Below are positions 18,945 to 28,359 of a stretch of DNA of 64,000 nt, in pieces. Source of the stretch: Candidatus Saccharimonadota bacterium (lineage in GTDB: Bacteria; Patescibacteriota; Saccharimonadia; QS-5-54-17); the NCBI GenBank assembly GCA_050486185.1, contig JBJHCT010000002.1, forward strand, positions 1,623-65,622. The letters are read 5' to 3'. The position numbers were made by a program, and so were the translations under genes. How positions within the stretch are numbered: position 1 is the first letter of the stretch; each line of letters opens with the position of its first letter. The notes under the pieces are model-generated. The model did no database searches. It saw only the letters and a list, made by a program, of their open reading frames with translations, and was not told where the DNA came from.

Positions 18945-19874
18945 ATGGTTTATTTTTTCTATGGAGACAACAACTACGCTGCCAAGCAGCAGATAGGCAA
19001 GCTGATAAAGCGCTACCAAGATAGTATGGACTCAGACTTTGGTCTAAGCCGCTTCGAAAGCGATACCGAGATAGATAATGTCATCACAGCTATGACGTCA
19101 CTACCGATGTTAGCGACTCATAGTTTGGTAATTATCGATCATCCTAGCCGCAACAAAGCCTTATGTGAGGCTATAACAGGGGTTGTAGATAGAGTGCCTC
19201 AGGAGACAGTAGTAGTTATTTACGATCCAGGAGTCGATAAGCGTTCTAAGTGGTATAAATTTATTAAAGATAACGCCAAGGCTCAGGAGTTTGCTCATAA
19301 ATCAGAAGTTCAACTAACTTCTTGGCTAAAGCGCTACGCTCAAGACCAGGGACTAGAACTTGATAATCGACTAGCTAGGTTATTGATGGATATGGTCGGC
19401 GAAGATCAGTGGCAATTAAGCAAAGAGATAGATAAACACCAGGCTTTGGGTGAGATTACTGAGGAATCGATTAAAGCTTTAGTTCTACCTAATCCTAAAC
19501 ACACTATTTTCGAGCTCATAGATACGCTTTCCTCCGGGGATATCGCTAAAGGCCTAAGCTATTTCGATGATTTAAAGCAGCAGAATATTCATGATTTAGA
19601 AATACTAACTATGCTCGGTTGGCAGCTGCGTAACTTACTCGCTATAGCTTACTCAAACCAAGCTTCCGATGCTCAGATAGCTAAAGATCATGGTATTAAC
19701 CCTTTCGTTATTCGTAAATCTCGATATATTTTGCGTACGATCGATACTGAGTCGCTAGAGAGTCTCTACCACCAGGTGATTGAGGCCGATTATGCCATTA
19801 AAAGCGGCCAGGGTAGTAGCGACTCCCAAGCTATATTAGAAAGAGTGATGCTAAATATCGCCAAAGTGGCCTAA
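18945..19874 (+). CDS. holA: DNA polymerase III delta subunit
   Basis: VYFFYGDN start, LSKEIDK, IFELID, INPFVIRK and DYAIKSG. Adjacent to rpsT as usual. Confidence 0.92.
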   Translation: MVYFFYGDNNYAAKQQIGKLIKRYQDSMDSDFGLSRFESDTEIDNVITAMTSLPMLATHSLVIIDHPSRNKALCEAITGVVDRVPQETVVVIYDPGVDKRSKWYKFIKDNAKAQEFAHKSEVQLTSWLKRYAQDQGLELDNRLARLLMDMVGEDQWQLSKEIDKHQALGEITEESIKALVLPNPKHTIFELIDTLSSGDIAKGLSYFDDLKQQNIHDLEILTMLGWQLRNLLAIAYSNQASDAQIAKDHGINPFVIRKSRYILRTIDTESLESLYHQVIEADYAIKSGQGSSDSQAILERVMLNIAKVA

Positions 19875-19884
19875 AGAAACTAAT

Positions 19885-20262
19885 TTATTTCTTAGTAGTC
19901 TTTTTACTAGTAGCAGCTTTTTTAGCTGGAGCTTTCTTGGCAGGGGTTTTCTTAGCAGTAGTCTTTTTAGCTGGAGTCTTAGCGTCAGTAGCTTTAGTTT
20001 TGGCAGCTTCACTAAGTTTACGGCTTAGGCTAGATTTTTTTCTAGCGGCAGTATTCTTGTGAATAACACCTTGTCTGACGGCTTTATCGATAGCTTTTTG
20101 AGCAGCTGGCAAAAAGCCTTCAGCTGATTTCTTATCACCGGCAGATATAGCGTCTAGCACCGCTTTGACTTTGTTGCGCATCTCACGGCGGTAGCGGTTA
20201 TTAACTCTGGTTTTCTTGGTGTCTTGCCGCATTCTTTTAGCGGCCGATTTAATAATTGGCAT
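19885..20262 (-). CDS. rpsT: 30S ribosomal protein S20 with Lys/Ala-rich C-terminal tail
   Basis: MPIIKSAAKRMRQ and IDKAVRQGVIHKNTAARKKS. Confidence 0.97.
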   Translation of the reverse strand: MPIIKSAAKRMRQDTKKTRVNNRYRREMRNKVKAVLDAISAGDKKSAEGFLPAAQKAIDKAVRQGVIHKNTAARKKSSLSRKLSEAAKTKATDAKTPAKKTTAKKTPAKKAPAKKAATSKKTTKK

Positions 20263-20314
20263 AGTTTGTCTTAATCCTCACATAATAAATTATTAGCCTA
20301 TATTCTAGAGGCCA

Positions 20315-20343
20315 ACTATACTGTAAGTAGGTCAACTATGCAA
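20315..20343 (-). promoter_or_regulatory. Sigma70-type promoter for rpsT
   Basis: TTGCAT-17 nt-TATAGT on the minus strand. Confidence 0.6.
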
Positions 20344-20392
20344 GGGTTTTATCTAGTGGTTGGCTAAAATATTAAATCACCCCTGTTTCTGA

Positions 20393-20421
20393 TTGACAAA
20401 ACAGGGAAGAGTCAGTAGCTT
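20393..20421 (+). promoter_or_regulatory. Sigma70-type promoter, leaderless, for the DHH-like gene
   Basis: TTGACA-17 nt-TAGCTT, then 7 nt to ATG 20429. Confidence 0.65.
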
Positions 20422-20428
20422 AAGAACT

Positions 20429-22141
20429 ATGAGTAAAAAAGACAAAGACGAAGATAATTCAGAAAAAGATAACGGCAGCAATTCTCAGCCAACCGTTAAG
20501 CAGCAGATAGTTGAGGCTATCAAAAATGCCGATAGTTTAGTGATCTCTGTAGGTAAAGATCCTAGTAGAGATACATTCGCAGCAGCCATAGCTTTGCACC
20601 TAATGCTGACCAAGCTAGAGAAGGTGTCAGAAGTTGTTATCAGTAATAACTTACCCAAATCCTTAGAGTTTCTACCACATGATTTCATTAATGAAGAATT
20701 AAAAGGTCAAAAAGACTTTGTAATTGAAGTTGATCAAACTAAGACTGAGTCAGACAGCCTGAAATATCTTCGAGAAGGCGATAAGTTAAAGATATATATA
20801 ACCCCATATGACGGCACTTACAGTGAAAAAGACGTTAGCTTCAGTGATGGTGATTACCATTACAACCTAGTTATAGGTTTGGGGGCTAGCGCTAAGTCTC
20901 AGCTAGATAAGGCCATAACTTCAGATAAGAAGCTAACCGATAAAGTAGAGTTTGCTTTTATCAATAACGATGCTGATGGCGGCGGTGATTTATCTTGGAG
21001 TGATGTTGCTGCTAGTTCAGTTTCAGAAATGGTTATGAGTATGTCGGAAGCTCTAGGTGGGGGGATGTTGGATAAGCAGATATCTACAGCACTACTTACA
21101 GGTATAGTCGATAAGACCGATCACTTCACTAATACTTCGACTACTCCAAAAGTTATGACTATGGCGGCTCAACTTTTGGCCGCTGGTGCCAACCAAGCTG
21201 AAGTAGTCAAAAACCAAAAGACTCCTCCACCAGAGGATGAGCCAGCTAAAGAGGCGGAATCAGATACTAAATCTAGTGCCAAGGATGAAGTTAAAGAGGA
21301 TGAGAGTAAGAGTAGTAAAAAAGACAAAAAAGAAGAGAAAAAGACTAAAGATAAAGATGAAGCTAAAGAGTCTAAAGCAGAGAAGCCGGCTGAACCAGAT
21401 GGTGAAGAGGACAATTCGGAGACTAAATTAGATGAAACTTCTAATGAGGCAGATAAAGCCGTCACCCCAGCTATAGAAGGAGATGAGCCGTCACCAGATG
21501 CTATTGCCGACATGATTAAAGTAGGCAGTTCATTGATCGAGGAAGAAGAGGTTAGTGAACCTGCACCTGATAATACCGAGAAAGCCGATAGCAACTCAAA
21601 CGTAGCCTCCAGTCTAGTAGATGCTAAGCCTAGAGAGAGAGTTATAGAACCACCTACTAGTCAGCAAGACCTACAGCCAGGCCCAGAAACTAACCAACAA
21701 CTAGACCAGCAAGACCTAGAGTCACAAAACATATTAGAGTCTATCAAGCAGGGAGGTTCGCAACCTATTTCTGATAATACTGCAGTCACACAAGGCCTAA
21801 GTGGTGTAGGTGCAGCTGCACCTAGTAGTGATAGCATCGATACCTTTACTCCCGGTTCAACTTTAGAATCTAGTAGCTCTACCGCAAGTTTACCGAGTGA
21901 TAACAATCTAGATAGCGGCTTATCGAACGTTAGTGGCATCGACAATCAAACTCTAACAACAGGTGGAGCAGCAGCTCCTTTCAATGAAGCTTCAGATTCA
22001 CCTAAACCTGCCGGTAATCATCCACCCACCAACAAAGAGGGCCATATAGATATAGACGCAGCTCGCAAGGCAGCCGAAGAGGCATATAACAGCATGCATT
22101 TAGATGCTTCTTCAAATGATGAAAATCAGCCACAGTCATAG
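20429..22141 (+). CDS. Degenerate DHH/NrnA-like protein with long disordered C-terminus
   Basis: DHH-fold remnants (SSVSEMV, ISTALLTGIVDKTDHF, AAQLLAAGA) upstream of truB. The catalytic DxD and DHH motifs are altered. The start was moved to ATG 20429. Confidence 0.75.
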   Translation: MSKKDKDEDNSEKDNGSNSQPTVKQQIVEAIKNADSLVISVGKDPSRDTFAAAIALHLMLTKLEKVSEVVISNNLPKSLEFLPHDFINEELKGQKDFVIEVDQTKTESDSLKYLREGDKLKIYITPYDGTYSEKDVSFSDGDYHYNLVIGLGASAKSQLDKAITSDKKLTDKVEFAFINNDADGGGDLSWSDVAASSVSEMVMSMSEALGGGMLDKQISTALLTGIVDKTDHFTNTSTTPKVMTMAAQLLAAGANQAEVVKNQKTPPPEDEPAKEAESDTKSSAKDEVKEDESKSSKKDKKEEKKTKDKDEAKESKAEKPAEPDGEEDNSETKLDETSNEADKAVTPAIEGDEPSPDAIADMIKVGSSLIEEEEVSEPAPDNTEKADSNSNVASSLVDAKPRERVIEPPTSQQDLQPGPETNQQLDQQDLESQNILESIKQGGSQPISDNTAVTQGLSGVGAAAPSSDSIDTFTPGSTLESSSSTASLPSDNNLDSGLSNVSGIDNQTLTTGGAAAPFNEASDSPKPAGNHPPTNKEGHIDIDAARKAAEEAYNSMHLDASSNDENQPQS

Positions 22142-22144
22142 ACT

Positions 22145-22816
22145 ATGGAAGGCGTACTGTTAATCGATAAACCAAAAAGGTGGAGTAGCTTCGATGTTAT
22201 ACGGAAATTACGCCATCAACTAAAAGACGGCGATAAACCACCCAAGATGGGCCACGCCGGCACATTAGACCCCATGGCTACAGGCCTGCTAATAGTTCTA
22301 GTTGGCTCTGCCACTAAACGCCAAAATAGCTTTATGAAGTTAGATAAAACCTATGAAGCCAAGATTACCCTAGGTTCTAACAGCAGCAGTGATGATAGCG
22401 AAGGTCAGCTAACTAGCGTTAGCCAACATCAACCCTCGGAAGACGAAGTGATTGAAGCCCTAAATTCATTTACTGGTGAAATATCACAAGTTCCACCACA
22501 GTTCTCAGCTATCAAAGTAGATGGTAAAAGAGCTTACAAGACAGCCAGGGAGGGTGGTCACACCGAGCTTAAGTCTCGTCAAATCATCATCCACTCAATT
22601 GAGTTAATTAGCTATCAATACCCTGTAATTCACATAAATTGCCATGTTAGTAGCGGCACTTACATACGTAGTTTAGCTAGAGATATAGGTAGTGACTTAA
22701 GCACAGGTGCATATCTAAGCTATTTACGTCGCACGAGTATAGGGGAGTGGAGTGTTGAGGATGCAATAGATCCAGATCTAGCTACTCATAATTTCATAAG
22801 AGCCATTGACAAATAG
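22145..22816 (+). CDS. truB: tRNA pseudouridine-55 synthase
   Basis: GHAGTLDPMATG, QVPPQFSAIKVDG and SSGTYIRSLARDIG. Short form without a PUA domain. Confidence 0.97.
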   Translation: MEGVLLIDKPKRWSSFDVIRKLRHQLKDGDKPPKMGHAGTLDPMATGLLIVLVGSATKRQNSFMKLDKTYEAKITLGSNSSSDDSEGQLTSVSQHQPSEDEVIEALNSFTGEISQVPPQFSAIKVDGKRAYKTAREGGHTELKSRQIIIHSIELISYQYPVIHINCHVSSGTYIRSLARDIGSDLSTGAYLSYLRRTSIGEWSVEDAIDPDLATHNFIRAIDK

Positions 22817-22834
22817 ACGATAATAGCATAAAGT
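22806..22834 (+). promoter_or_regulatory. Sigma70-type promoter for rpsO-pnp
   Basis: TTGACA-17 nt-TAAAGT overlapping the end of truB. Confidence 0.65.
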
Positions 22835-22897
22835 ATCACCTAATAATTTTGTGGCTCTATGGTGGAGACATGAAATCAATATAAAATTGAACAACAA

Positions 22898-22978
22898 AGT
22901 TATTACAGCCTAGAACAACAGGGAGTCTTGAGCTGCTTTATGCAAGGGAGTTTAGCGTTGTATGGGGTCTTAATAACT
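22898..22978 (+). promoter_or_regulatory. Structured rpsO 5' leader (candidate S15-binding RNA)
   Basis: Nested pairings AGTTATTA/TAATAACT, ACAAC/GTTGT and CTTG/CAAG just upstream of the AAGGAG SD. Confidence 0.5.
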
Positions 22979-22996
22979 GTTATTATGTAAGGAGTT

Positions 22997-23263
22997 ATGG
23001 TGAAGTCCAATAAAAAACAAGAGATTATTTCAGGTCTTGGTTCACACAAGTCAGATACCGGTTCGACCGAAGTGCAAGTCGGTATACTAACTGAGCGAAT
23101 CAAGTCTTTGACAGAGCACCTAAAGATCCATAAAAAGGATCTGCACTCTCGACGTGGGCTACTACAAATGGTAGGTAGACGTAAGCGTCTGCTTGACTAT
23201 CTCAAGCGTAAAGATAGCGACAACTATCAGAAGCTAGTGGCTAAATTAGGACTACGCAAATAA
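22997..23263 (+). CDS. rpsO: 30S ribosomal protein S15
   Basis: DTGSTEVQV and [25 protein letters not shown]. Confidence 0.98.
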   Translation: MVKSNKKQEIISGLGSHKSDTGSTEVQVGILTERIKSLTEHLKIHKKDLHSRRGLLQMVGRRKRLLDYLKRKDSDNYQKLVAKLGLRK

Positions 23264-23329
23264 CACCTGTATCTTGATACATTAGTACTTAAAAAAGTAA
23301 CCAAGATAAACTAAATTTAAATATAATTT

Positions 23330-23392
23330 GTTTGGCGATCAGGGAAGTAGGTATTAACTTTTCCATTCAATACCTGACCCCTGCTCGCAAAC
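23330..23392 (+). promoter_or_regulatory. Long stem-loop before pnp (candidate RNase III processing/autoregulation site)
   Basis: GTTTG(G)CGA/TCGCAAAC, CAGGG/CCCTG and AGGTATT/AATACCT stems with internal loops, ending just before the pnp SD. Confidence 0.6.
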
Positions 23393-23407
23393 TAGAAAGG
23401 AGATGTT

Positions 23408-25531
23408 TTGGGTAACATCATACATCCGTTTAACGGAAAACAAGTAAAAGTAGAAACTGAGTTTTGTGGCAAAAAACTCTCAATAGAAACCGGCCGAATG
23501 GCTTTTTTGGCCGACGGCGCAGCTTTAGTGCGTTACGGCGATACCGTAGTTTTGGGTACTGCCGTAGTAGAGAAGACTGCTAGAGATGGCATAGATTTCT
23601 TCCCGTTACTCATAGATTATGAGGAGCGCATGTATGCTACCGGTAAGATATCAGGTAGTAAATATATGAAGAGAGAGGGTAGGCCATCAGAAACCGCTAC
23701 TTTGACTGCTAGGTTGATCGACCGACCGATTCGTCCACTATTTCCTAAAGGTTTTCGCAACGACACTCAGGTAGTCACTACTGTATTAAGTGCCGATATG
23801 GAGCACCCCATAGACGTTATCGCCATGATTGCAGCTTCTAGCGCTCTAACCCTATCGGGCGCACCGTTTAAGGGCCCTATCAGCGGTATTAGAGTAGGTC
23901 TAATCGACGATAAGCTGGTAGCCTATCCTAGCAATAGCGATATGGCTAAAAGCACTCTAGATCTTAATCTGGCCGGTACTAAAGATGCCATCATGATGGT
24001 AGAGGCCGGTGCCAGTGAAGTAGATGAGAAGACTATGGCCGAGGCTTTAGAGTTAGCTCATAAATCTCTGCAGCCAGTTATCGAACTGCAGAACGAACTA
24101 GCTAAAAAGGTCGGTGTTGAAGAGATGAAATATGAACTGCATGAGGATGACACCGAACTTGAACAGTCTATGAGGGAGTTTTTGCGCGATAAGCTAGGTC
24201 CAGCCGTTAGACACGAGAGTCACTATGAAAGACACCGTGCCATCTCTAACCTAGAAGAAGAGGCTGTAGAGCATTTTGCCGATAAGCATGCTGATAAATA
24301 CGAGAAAGCCCACGTTACAGAAAGTTTCGACTCAGCCATTAAGGCCGAGGTCCGAAGATCTATCTTGGAAGAAGGCAAACGACCGGATAATCGCAAGAGC
24401 GATGAGGTTAGACCGCTTAGCTCAGAAGTAGGAGTCTTACCTAAAACCCACGGCTCAGCCCTGTTTACTAGAGGCAGTACTCAGGTGCTAAATATCACCA
24501 CTCTAGCATCGTCTAGTTATGCTATGGCGATCGACAGCATGGAAGAAGATAGTGAGAAACACTTTATGCACCACTATAATTTCCCAGGCTACTCTACCGG
24601 TGAAGTTAGACCGATGCGTACTCCTGGTAGGCGTGAGATAGGTCACGGAGCTTTAGCAGAACGTGCAGTAGCCCCAATGATTCCAAACCAAGATGAGTTT
24701 CCTTACGTAATACGCAGTGTATCAGAGGTAACCACCAGTAATGGCTCTACCTCGATGGCTAGTGTCTGTGGAACTGTTTTAAGTTTGATGGACGCAGGCG
24801 TACCTATTAAAAGACCGGTATCGGGAATCGCTATGGGTCTAATGATAGGGGCAGATGGCAAGTATGAGATTCTCTCTGATATTGCTGGGGCAGAAGATTT
24901 CGCTGGCGATATGGACTTTAAGGTAGCAGGAACCAGTGAAGGCATTACAGCCCTGCAGATGGATATCAAAGTTGGTGGAATTACACCAAAAATCATGGCA
25001 GAAGCACTAGCTCAGGCTAAAGCAGGCCGAGCCCACATTCTAGATCATATGCTGGAAACTCTAGCTGAACCTAGGAAGGAGCTAAATGAGAACGCACCCA
25101 AGATAGTAACTATCAAGATCAATCCAGAGAAGATCGGTGAAGTTATCGGTCGAGGCGGCGAGACCATCAACGGCATCATCGATGAGACCGGTGCTCAGAT
25201 AGACATCAAGGACGACGGCACAGTACTAATAGCAGCAGCAGGTGGCAATAGTGATGGTGCCGATAAGGCTATAGAGATAATCAAGGCTCTTACTACTGAT
25301 CCAGAAGTCGGCAATGTCTACGAAGGAGAAGTAGTTAAAATAACTGATTTCGGTGCCTTCGTTAACGTCTTACCTGGTAAAGATGGACTGCTCCACATCT
25401 CAGAGATTGCCGATAAGCATGTAGATAAGGTTGAAGATGAACTTAAAGAAGGTGACGTGATTAAAGTTAAACTGATCGGTATCGATGATATGGGTCGCTT
25501 GAAGCTAAGTAAAAAGGCTTTAAAGGAGTAG
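23408..25531 (+). CDS. pnp: Polyribonucleotide nucleotidyltransferase
   Basis: Two RNase PH domains (RLIDRPIRPLFP, RREIGHG, SNGSTSMAS, GDMDFKVAG), KH and S1. TTG start. Confidence 0.98.
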   Translation: MGNIIHPFNGKQVKVETEFCGKKLSIETGRMAFLADGAALVRYGDTVVLGTAVVEKTARDGIDFFPLLIDYEERMYATGKISGSKYMKREGRPSETATLTARLIDRPIRPLFPKGFRNDTQVVTTVLSADMEHPIDVIAMIAASSALTLSGAPFKGPISGIRVGLIDDKLVAYPSNSDMAKSTLDLNLAGTKDAIMMVEAGASEVDEKTMAEALELAHKSLQPVIELQNELAKKVGVEEMKYELHEDDTELEQSMREFLRDKLGPAVRHESHYERHRAISNLEEEAVEHFADKHADKYEKAHVTESFDSAIKAEVRRSILEEGKRPDNRKSDEVRPLSSEVGVLPKTHGSALFTRGSTQVLNITTLASSSYAMAIDSMEEDSEKHFMHHYNFPGYSTGEVRPMRTPGRREIGHGALAERAVAPMIPNQDEFPYVIRSVSEVTTSNGSTSMASVCGTVLSLMDAGVPIKRPVSGIAMGLMIGADGKYEILSDIAGAEDFAGDMDFKVAGTSEGITALQMDIKVGGITPKIMAEALAQAKAGRAHILDHMLETLAEPRKELNENAPKIVTIKINPEKIGEVIGRGGETINGIIDETGAQIDIKDDGTVLIAAAGGNSDGADKAIEIIKALTTDPEVGNVYEGEVVKITDFGAFVNVLPGKDGLLHISEIADKHVDKVEDELKEGDVIKVKLIGIDDMGRLKLSKKALKE

Positions 25532-25535
25532 TTTT

Positions 25536-25568
25536 TTGCAAAGAGGCTAATTATTAGCTTCTTTGCAA
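25536..25568. terminator. Terminator-like inverted repeat after pnp
   Basis: TTGCAAAGAGGCTAA-tta-TTAGCTTCTTTGCAA, a 15-bp stem with one G-U pair. No clean U-tract. Confidence 0.55.
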
Positions 25569-25609
25569 CTCTGAAGGAACCAGTAGGGGTTTAAACGTAA
25601 AAGATAGGT

Positions 25610-26227
25610 ATGGATAAACAAGCCAAGCTAGATGAAATAGCTCAAAGCATCATAGATAATGAGGTGTGTGCTGAGCTCAGAGATGGAGCTACTCAGCTAG
25701 TGCCAGGAGTCGGTAGTCCCGATGCAGAAGTTGTCTTCATCGGCGAAGCTCCTGGCAAGAGTGAGGACGAGCAGGGAGAGCCGTTTGTAGGTGCTGCTGG
25801 GAAGTTTTTAAATGAGATGCTGGCAAGTATCGGTATGGATAGGTCTAGCGTTTTTATCACTAATATAGTAAAGTATCGACCACCAGAGAATCGCGATCCT
25901 TTACCTGAGGAAAAGGCAGCATTCCTTCCATATCTAATGCGTCAACTTGAAGTTATTGACCCTAAATTGGTAGTAACTTTAGGTAGGCACAGTATGGAAT
26001 ACTTCTTGCCTCAACTGCGTATTAGCCAAGTGCATGGCCAGCCTAAGAAGGTGAAGGTTAAAAACATAGCTACGGAAGGCTCAAGCAGTCAAGATGATAT
26101 TTTGGTAACTTTAACGATTCTACCGCTATATCATCCAGCAGCTGCGCTATACAATGGATCTCAGCGCCAAGTACTTCTAGATGATTTCGCACTAATACCT
26201 AAAATTTTAGATAAATTAGAAAACTAA
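25610..26227 (+). CDS. Uracil-DNA glycosylase family 4
   Basis: [30 protein letters not shown] and YHPAAAL. Confidence 0.93.
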   Translation: MDKQAKLDEIAQSIIDNEVCAELRDGATQLVPGVGSPDAEVVFIGEAPGKSEDEQGEPFVGAAGKFLNEMLASIGMDRSSVFITNIVKYRPPENRDPLPEEKAAFLPYLMRQLEVIDPKLVVTLGRHSMEYFLPQLRISQVHGQPKKVKVKNIATEGSSSQDDILVTLTILPLYHPAAALYNGSQRQVLLDDFALIPKILDKLEN

Positions 26228-26262
26228 ATTAACAAAATTAACTAATAAGGAGAAGACTAAAA

Positions 26263-28299
26263 ATGTCACAACAACAAAAGACCGATAATAGGTCTAATAA
26301 CAATCAAAATAACCACCAAAAAGGTGGTAACAGAAACCAGGGGAGGCCTAGTGGTAATCACCATAAAGGTGGCAATAATCACAAAGGCAATAACAATAAC
26401 AACAGCAACGGAGTCTCTCGTAAGAGCTCTAGAGCTGTAGAGCGAGAGCTTAGGCGCAACTACGATGATGCCCATAAGCTAGCTAGGTTCGATGATGTGG
26501 TAACTGATGCCGATAAGGCTAGATTAGCTATGCAGCAAAAGAAAGCCAATCAATTAGATAGCGGTGAACCTAAACTCAGGGTCATCCCTATGGGTGGTCA
26601 AGATGGGGTTGGTAATAAGAATATGGCCATAATCGAATACGGTAACGATGCTATCGTAGTAGACTGCGGTTTTAATCTAGGCCTAGATCTACCAGGTATT
26701 AACTACTCTATACCAGATATTACCTATCTAGAGTCGATCAAGCATAAAGTAAGAGGCTACGTATTTACTCACGGACACCTAGATCACATCGGTGCGACCG
26801 GGTATGTGATACCTAAAATACCGGCCCCTATATATGGTTCTAGATTTACTGTGGGTATGGTAGAGAAGCAGATCGCCGATAACGAAGAGGTCGATCCCGA
26901 CTTTCAGCCGGAACTAGTTGAGATGAATATCGACAACCACGAGAGACTTAAGGTCGGCCCATTCTTTGTTGAGCTCGTGCGCACCACCCACTCTATACCC
27001 GACTCTACTACCTTGGTTATAGATACTCCGGTAGGTAGGATTGTTCACACTGGAGACTTTAGGCTAGACCCAGAGCCATTAGATAATCAGCCTTCTGATA
27101 TAGCTAGACTTAAAGAAGTTGGCGAAGAAGGGGTATTGCTGTTAATGGCAGAAAGTACTAACACTGAAAGACCTGGAAGAACTCCAACTGAGCATACTTT
27201 AGAGCAAAGCTTTCATGACATCCTATCTCAAAGTCGAGGCAGAGTCATAGTATCTGCATTTTCTAGCAATATTAACCGTATGCAGATGATTATAGATGCT
27301 TCAGCTAAAAGTAATCGTAAAGTAGCTATAGACGGTCGCAGTATGCTAGCCACAGTTGAGCTATCTGTTAAGCTCGGCTATATCAAGATACCTAAAGGCA
27401 CCATAATCTCCATGAAGGATGTATCGAACCTAAAAGACCAGGAAGTAACAGTTATCTGTACGGGTGGTCAGGGAGAGCCTAATGCAGCGTTATCGCGTAT
27501 GGCTGTTGGCGATCATAACCACATTACTCTTAAAGATGGCGATACGGTTGTCCTAAGCTCTACGCCAATTCCAGGCAACGAGGTAGCTTTTTCCGATAAC
27601 GTTAACGCTATGATGAGGCGAGGCGCTACGGTGCTTAAACATACTACCCATGAAATCGATGGCTGCGGGCCACTACACGTATCGGGTCATGCCAATAGAG
27701 ATGAGCTTAAGCAGATGATCGATATGACCAAGCCAAAATACATCATGCCTAATCACGGCCCATTCTTTCATAGGCAAAGGTACATAGGTATAGCTAAAGA
27801 GGCAGGATTAAATCCAAATCAGGTAACACTGGTTGATAATGGTGCGGTGTTAGAATTTGATAAATCTGGCAATATGAAGCAAGAGTCAACTGTTCCTACC
27901 GGATCGGTACTGGTCGATCAAAACGGCTACGTAGTACCTAACCTAGTAGTTAAAGATAGGCTACTGATGGCCGATGATGGCATAGTTGTAGCAGTATTAA
28001 CTATGGATAAGAAAAGTAAGCAGCTACTATCTAGTCCAGACATTATCTCTAGAGGCTTCATCCATATGCAGGAGAGTTCTAGTTTAGTTAATGACTTGCG
28101 TGACTATATGCGCAGCTTTACTCGCCAGCATGCTAGAAGAGCAGATATTAAAGACTTTAAGCAGAACTTGCGAGACGGTATTAGTGGATTCTTGTACCAA
28201 GAGACCCAAAGAGCTCCAGTAGTAATACCGGTGGTTAACATGGTGGAATCTTCCAATAAGCCTAAAGGTAAAAAAATACTAGGCCCCAAGAAGACCTAG
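26263..28299 (+). CDS. rnj: Ribonuclease J
   Basis: THGHLDHIG, HSIPD, HTGDF, ESTN and HVSGH, plus a low-complexity N-terminal extension. Confidence 0.96.
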   Translation: MSQQQKTDNRSNNNQNNHQKGGNRNQGRPSGNHHKGGNNHKGNNNNNSNGVSRKSSRAVERELRRNYDDAHKLARFDDVVTDADKARLAMQQKKANQLDSGEPKLRVIPMGGQDGVGNKNMAIIEYGNDAIVVDCGFNLGLDLPGINYSIPDITYLESIKHKVRGYVFTHGHLDHIGATGYVIPKIPAPIYGSRFTVGMVEKQIADNEEVDPDFQPELVEMNIDNHERLKVGPFFVELVRTTHSIPDSTTLVIDTPVGRIVHTGDFRLDPEPLDNQPSDIARLKEVGEEGVLLLMAESTNTERPGRTPTEHTLEQSFHDILSQSRGRVIVSAFSSNINRMQMIIDASAKSNRKVAIDGRSMLATVELSVKLGYIKIPKGTIISMKDVSNLKDQEVTVICTGGQGEPNAALSRMAVGDHNHITLKDGDTVVLSSTPIPGNEVAFSDNVNAMMRRGATVLKHTTHEIDGCGPLHVSGHANRDELKQMIDMTKPKYIMPNHGPFFHRQRYIGIAKEAGLNPNQVTLVDNGAVLEFDKSGNMKQESTVPTGSVLVDQNGYVVPNLVVKDRLLMADDGIVVAVLTMDKKSKQLLSSPDIISRGFIHMQESSSLVNDLRDYMRSFTRQHARRADIKDFKQNLRDGISGFLYQETQRAPVVIPVVNMVESSNKPKGKKILGPKKT

Positions 28300-28359
28300 G
28301 AGTTAGTAAATAGTAAACAGCTCTGTATCATAGCCGGTGCGTCCTATATAATGTCTAGT

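Noticed and set aside
21169-21945. Antisense ORFs of 141 and 94 aa inside the DHH-like gene, and similar shadow ORFs across the window
   Set aside because: They are mirror frames of low-complexity or conserved coding sequence with no independent motifs or start signals.
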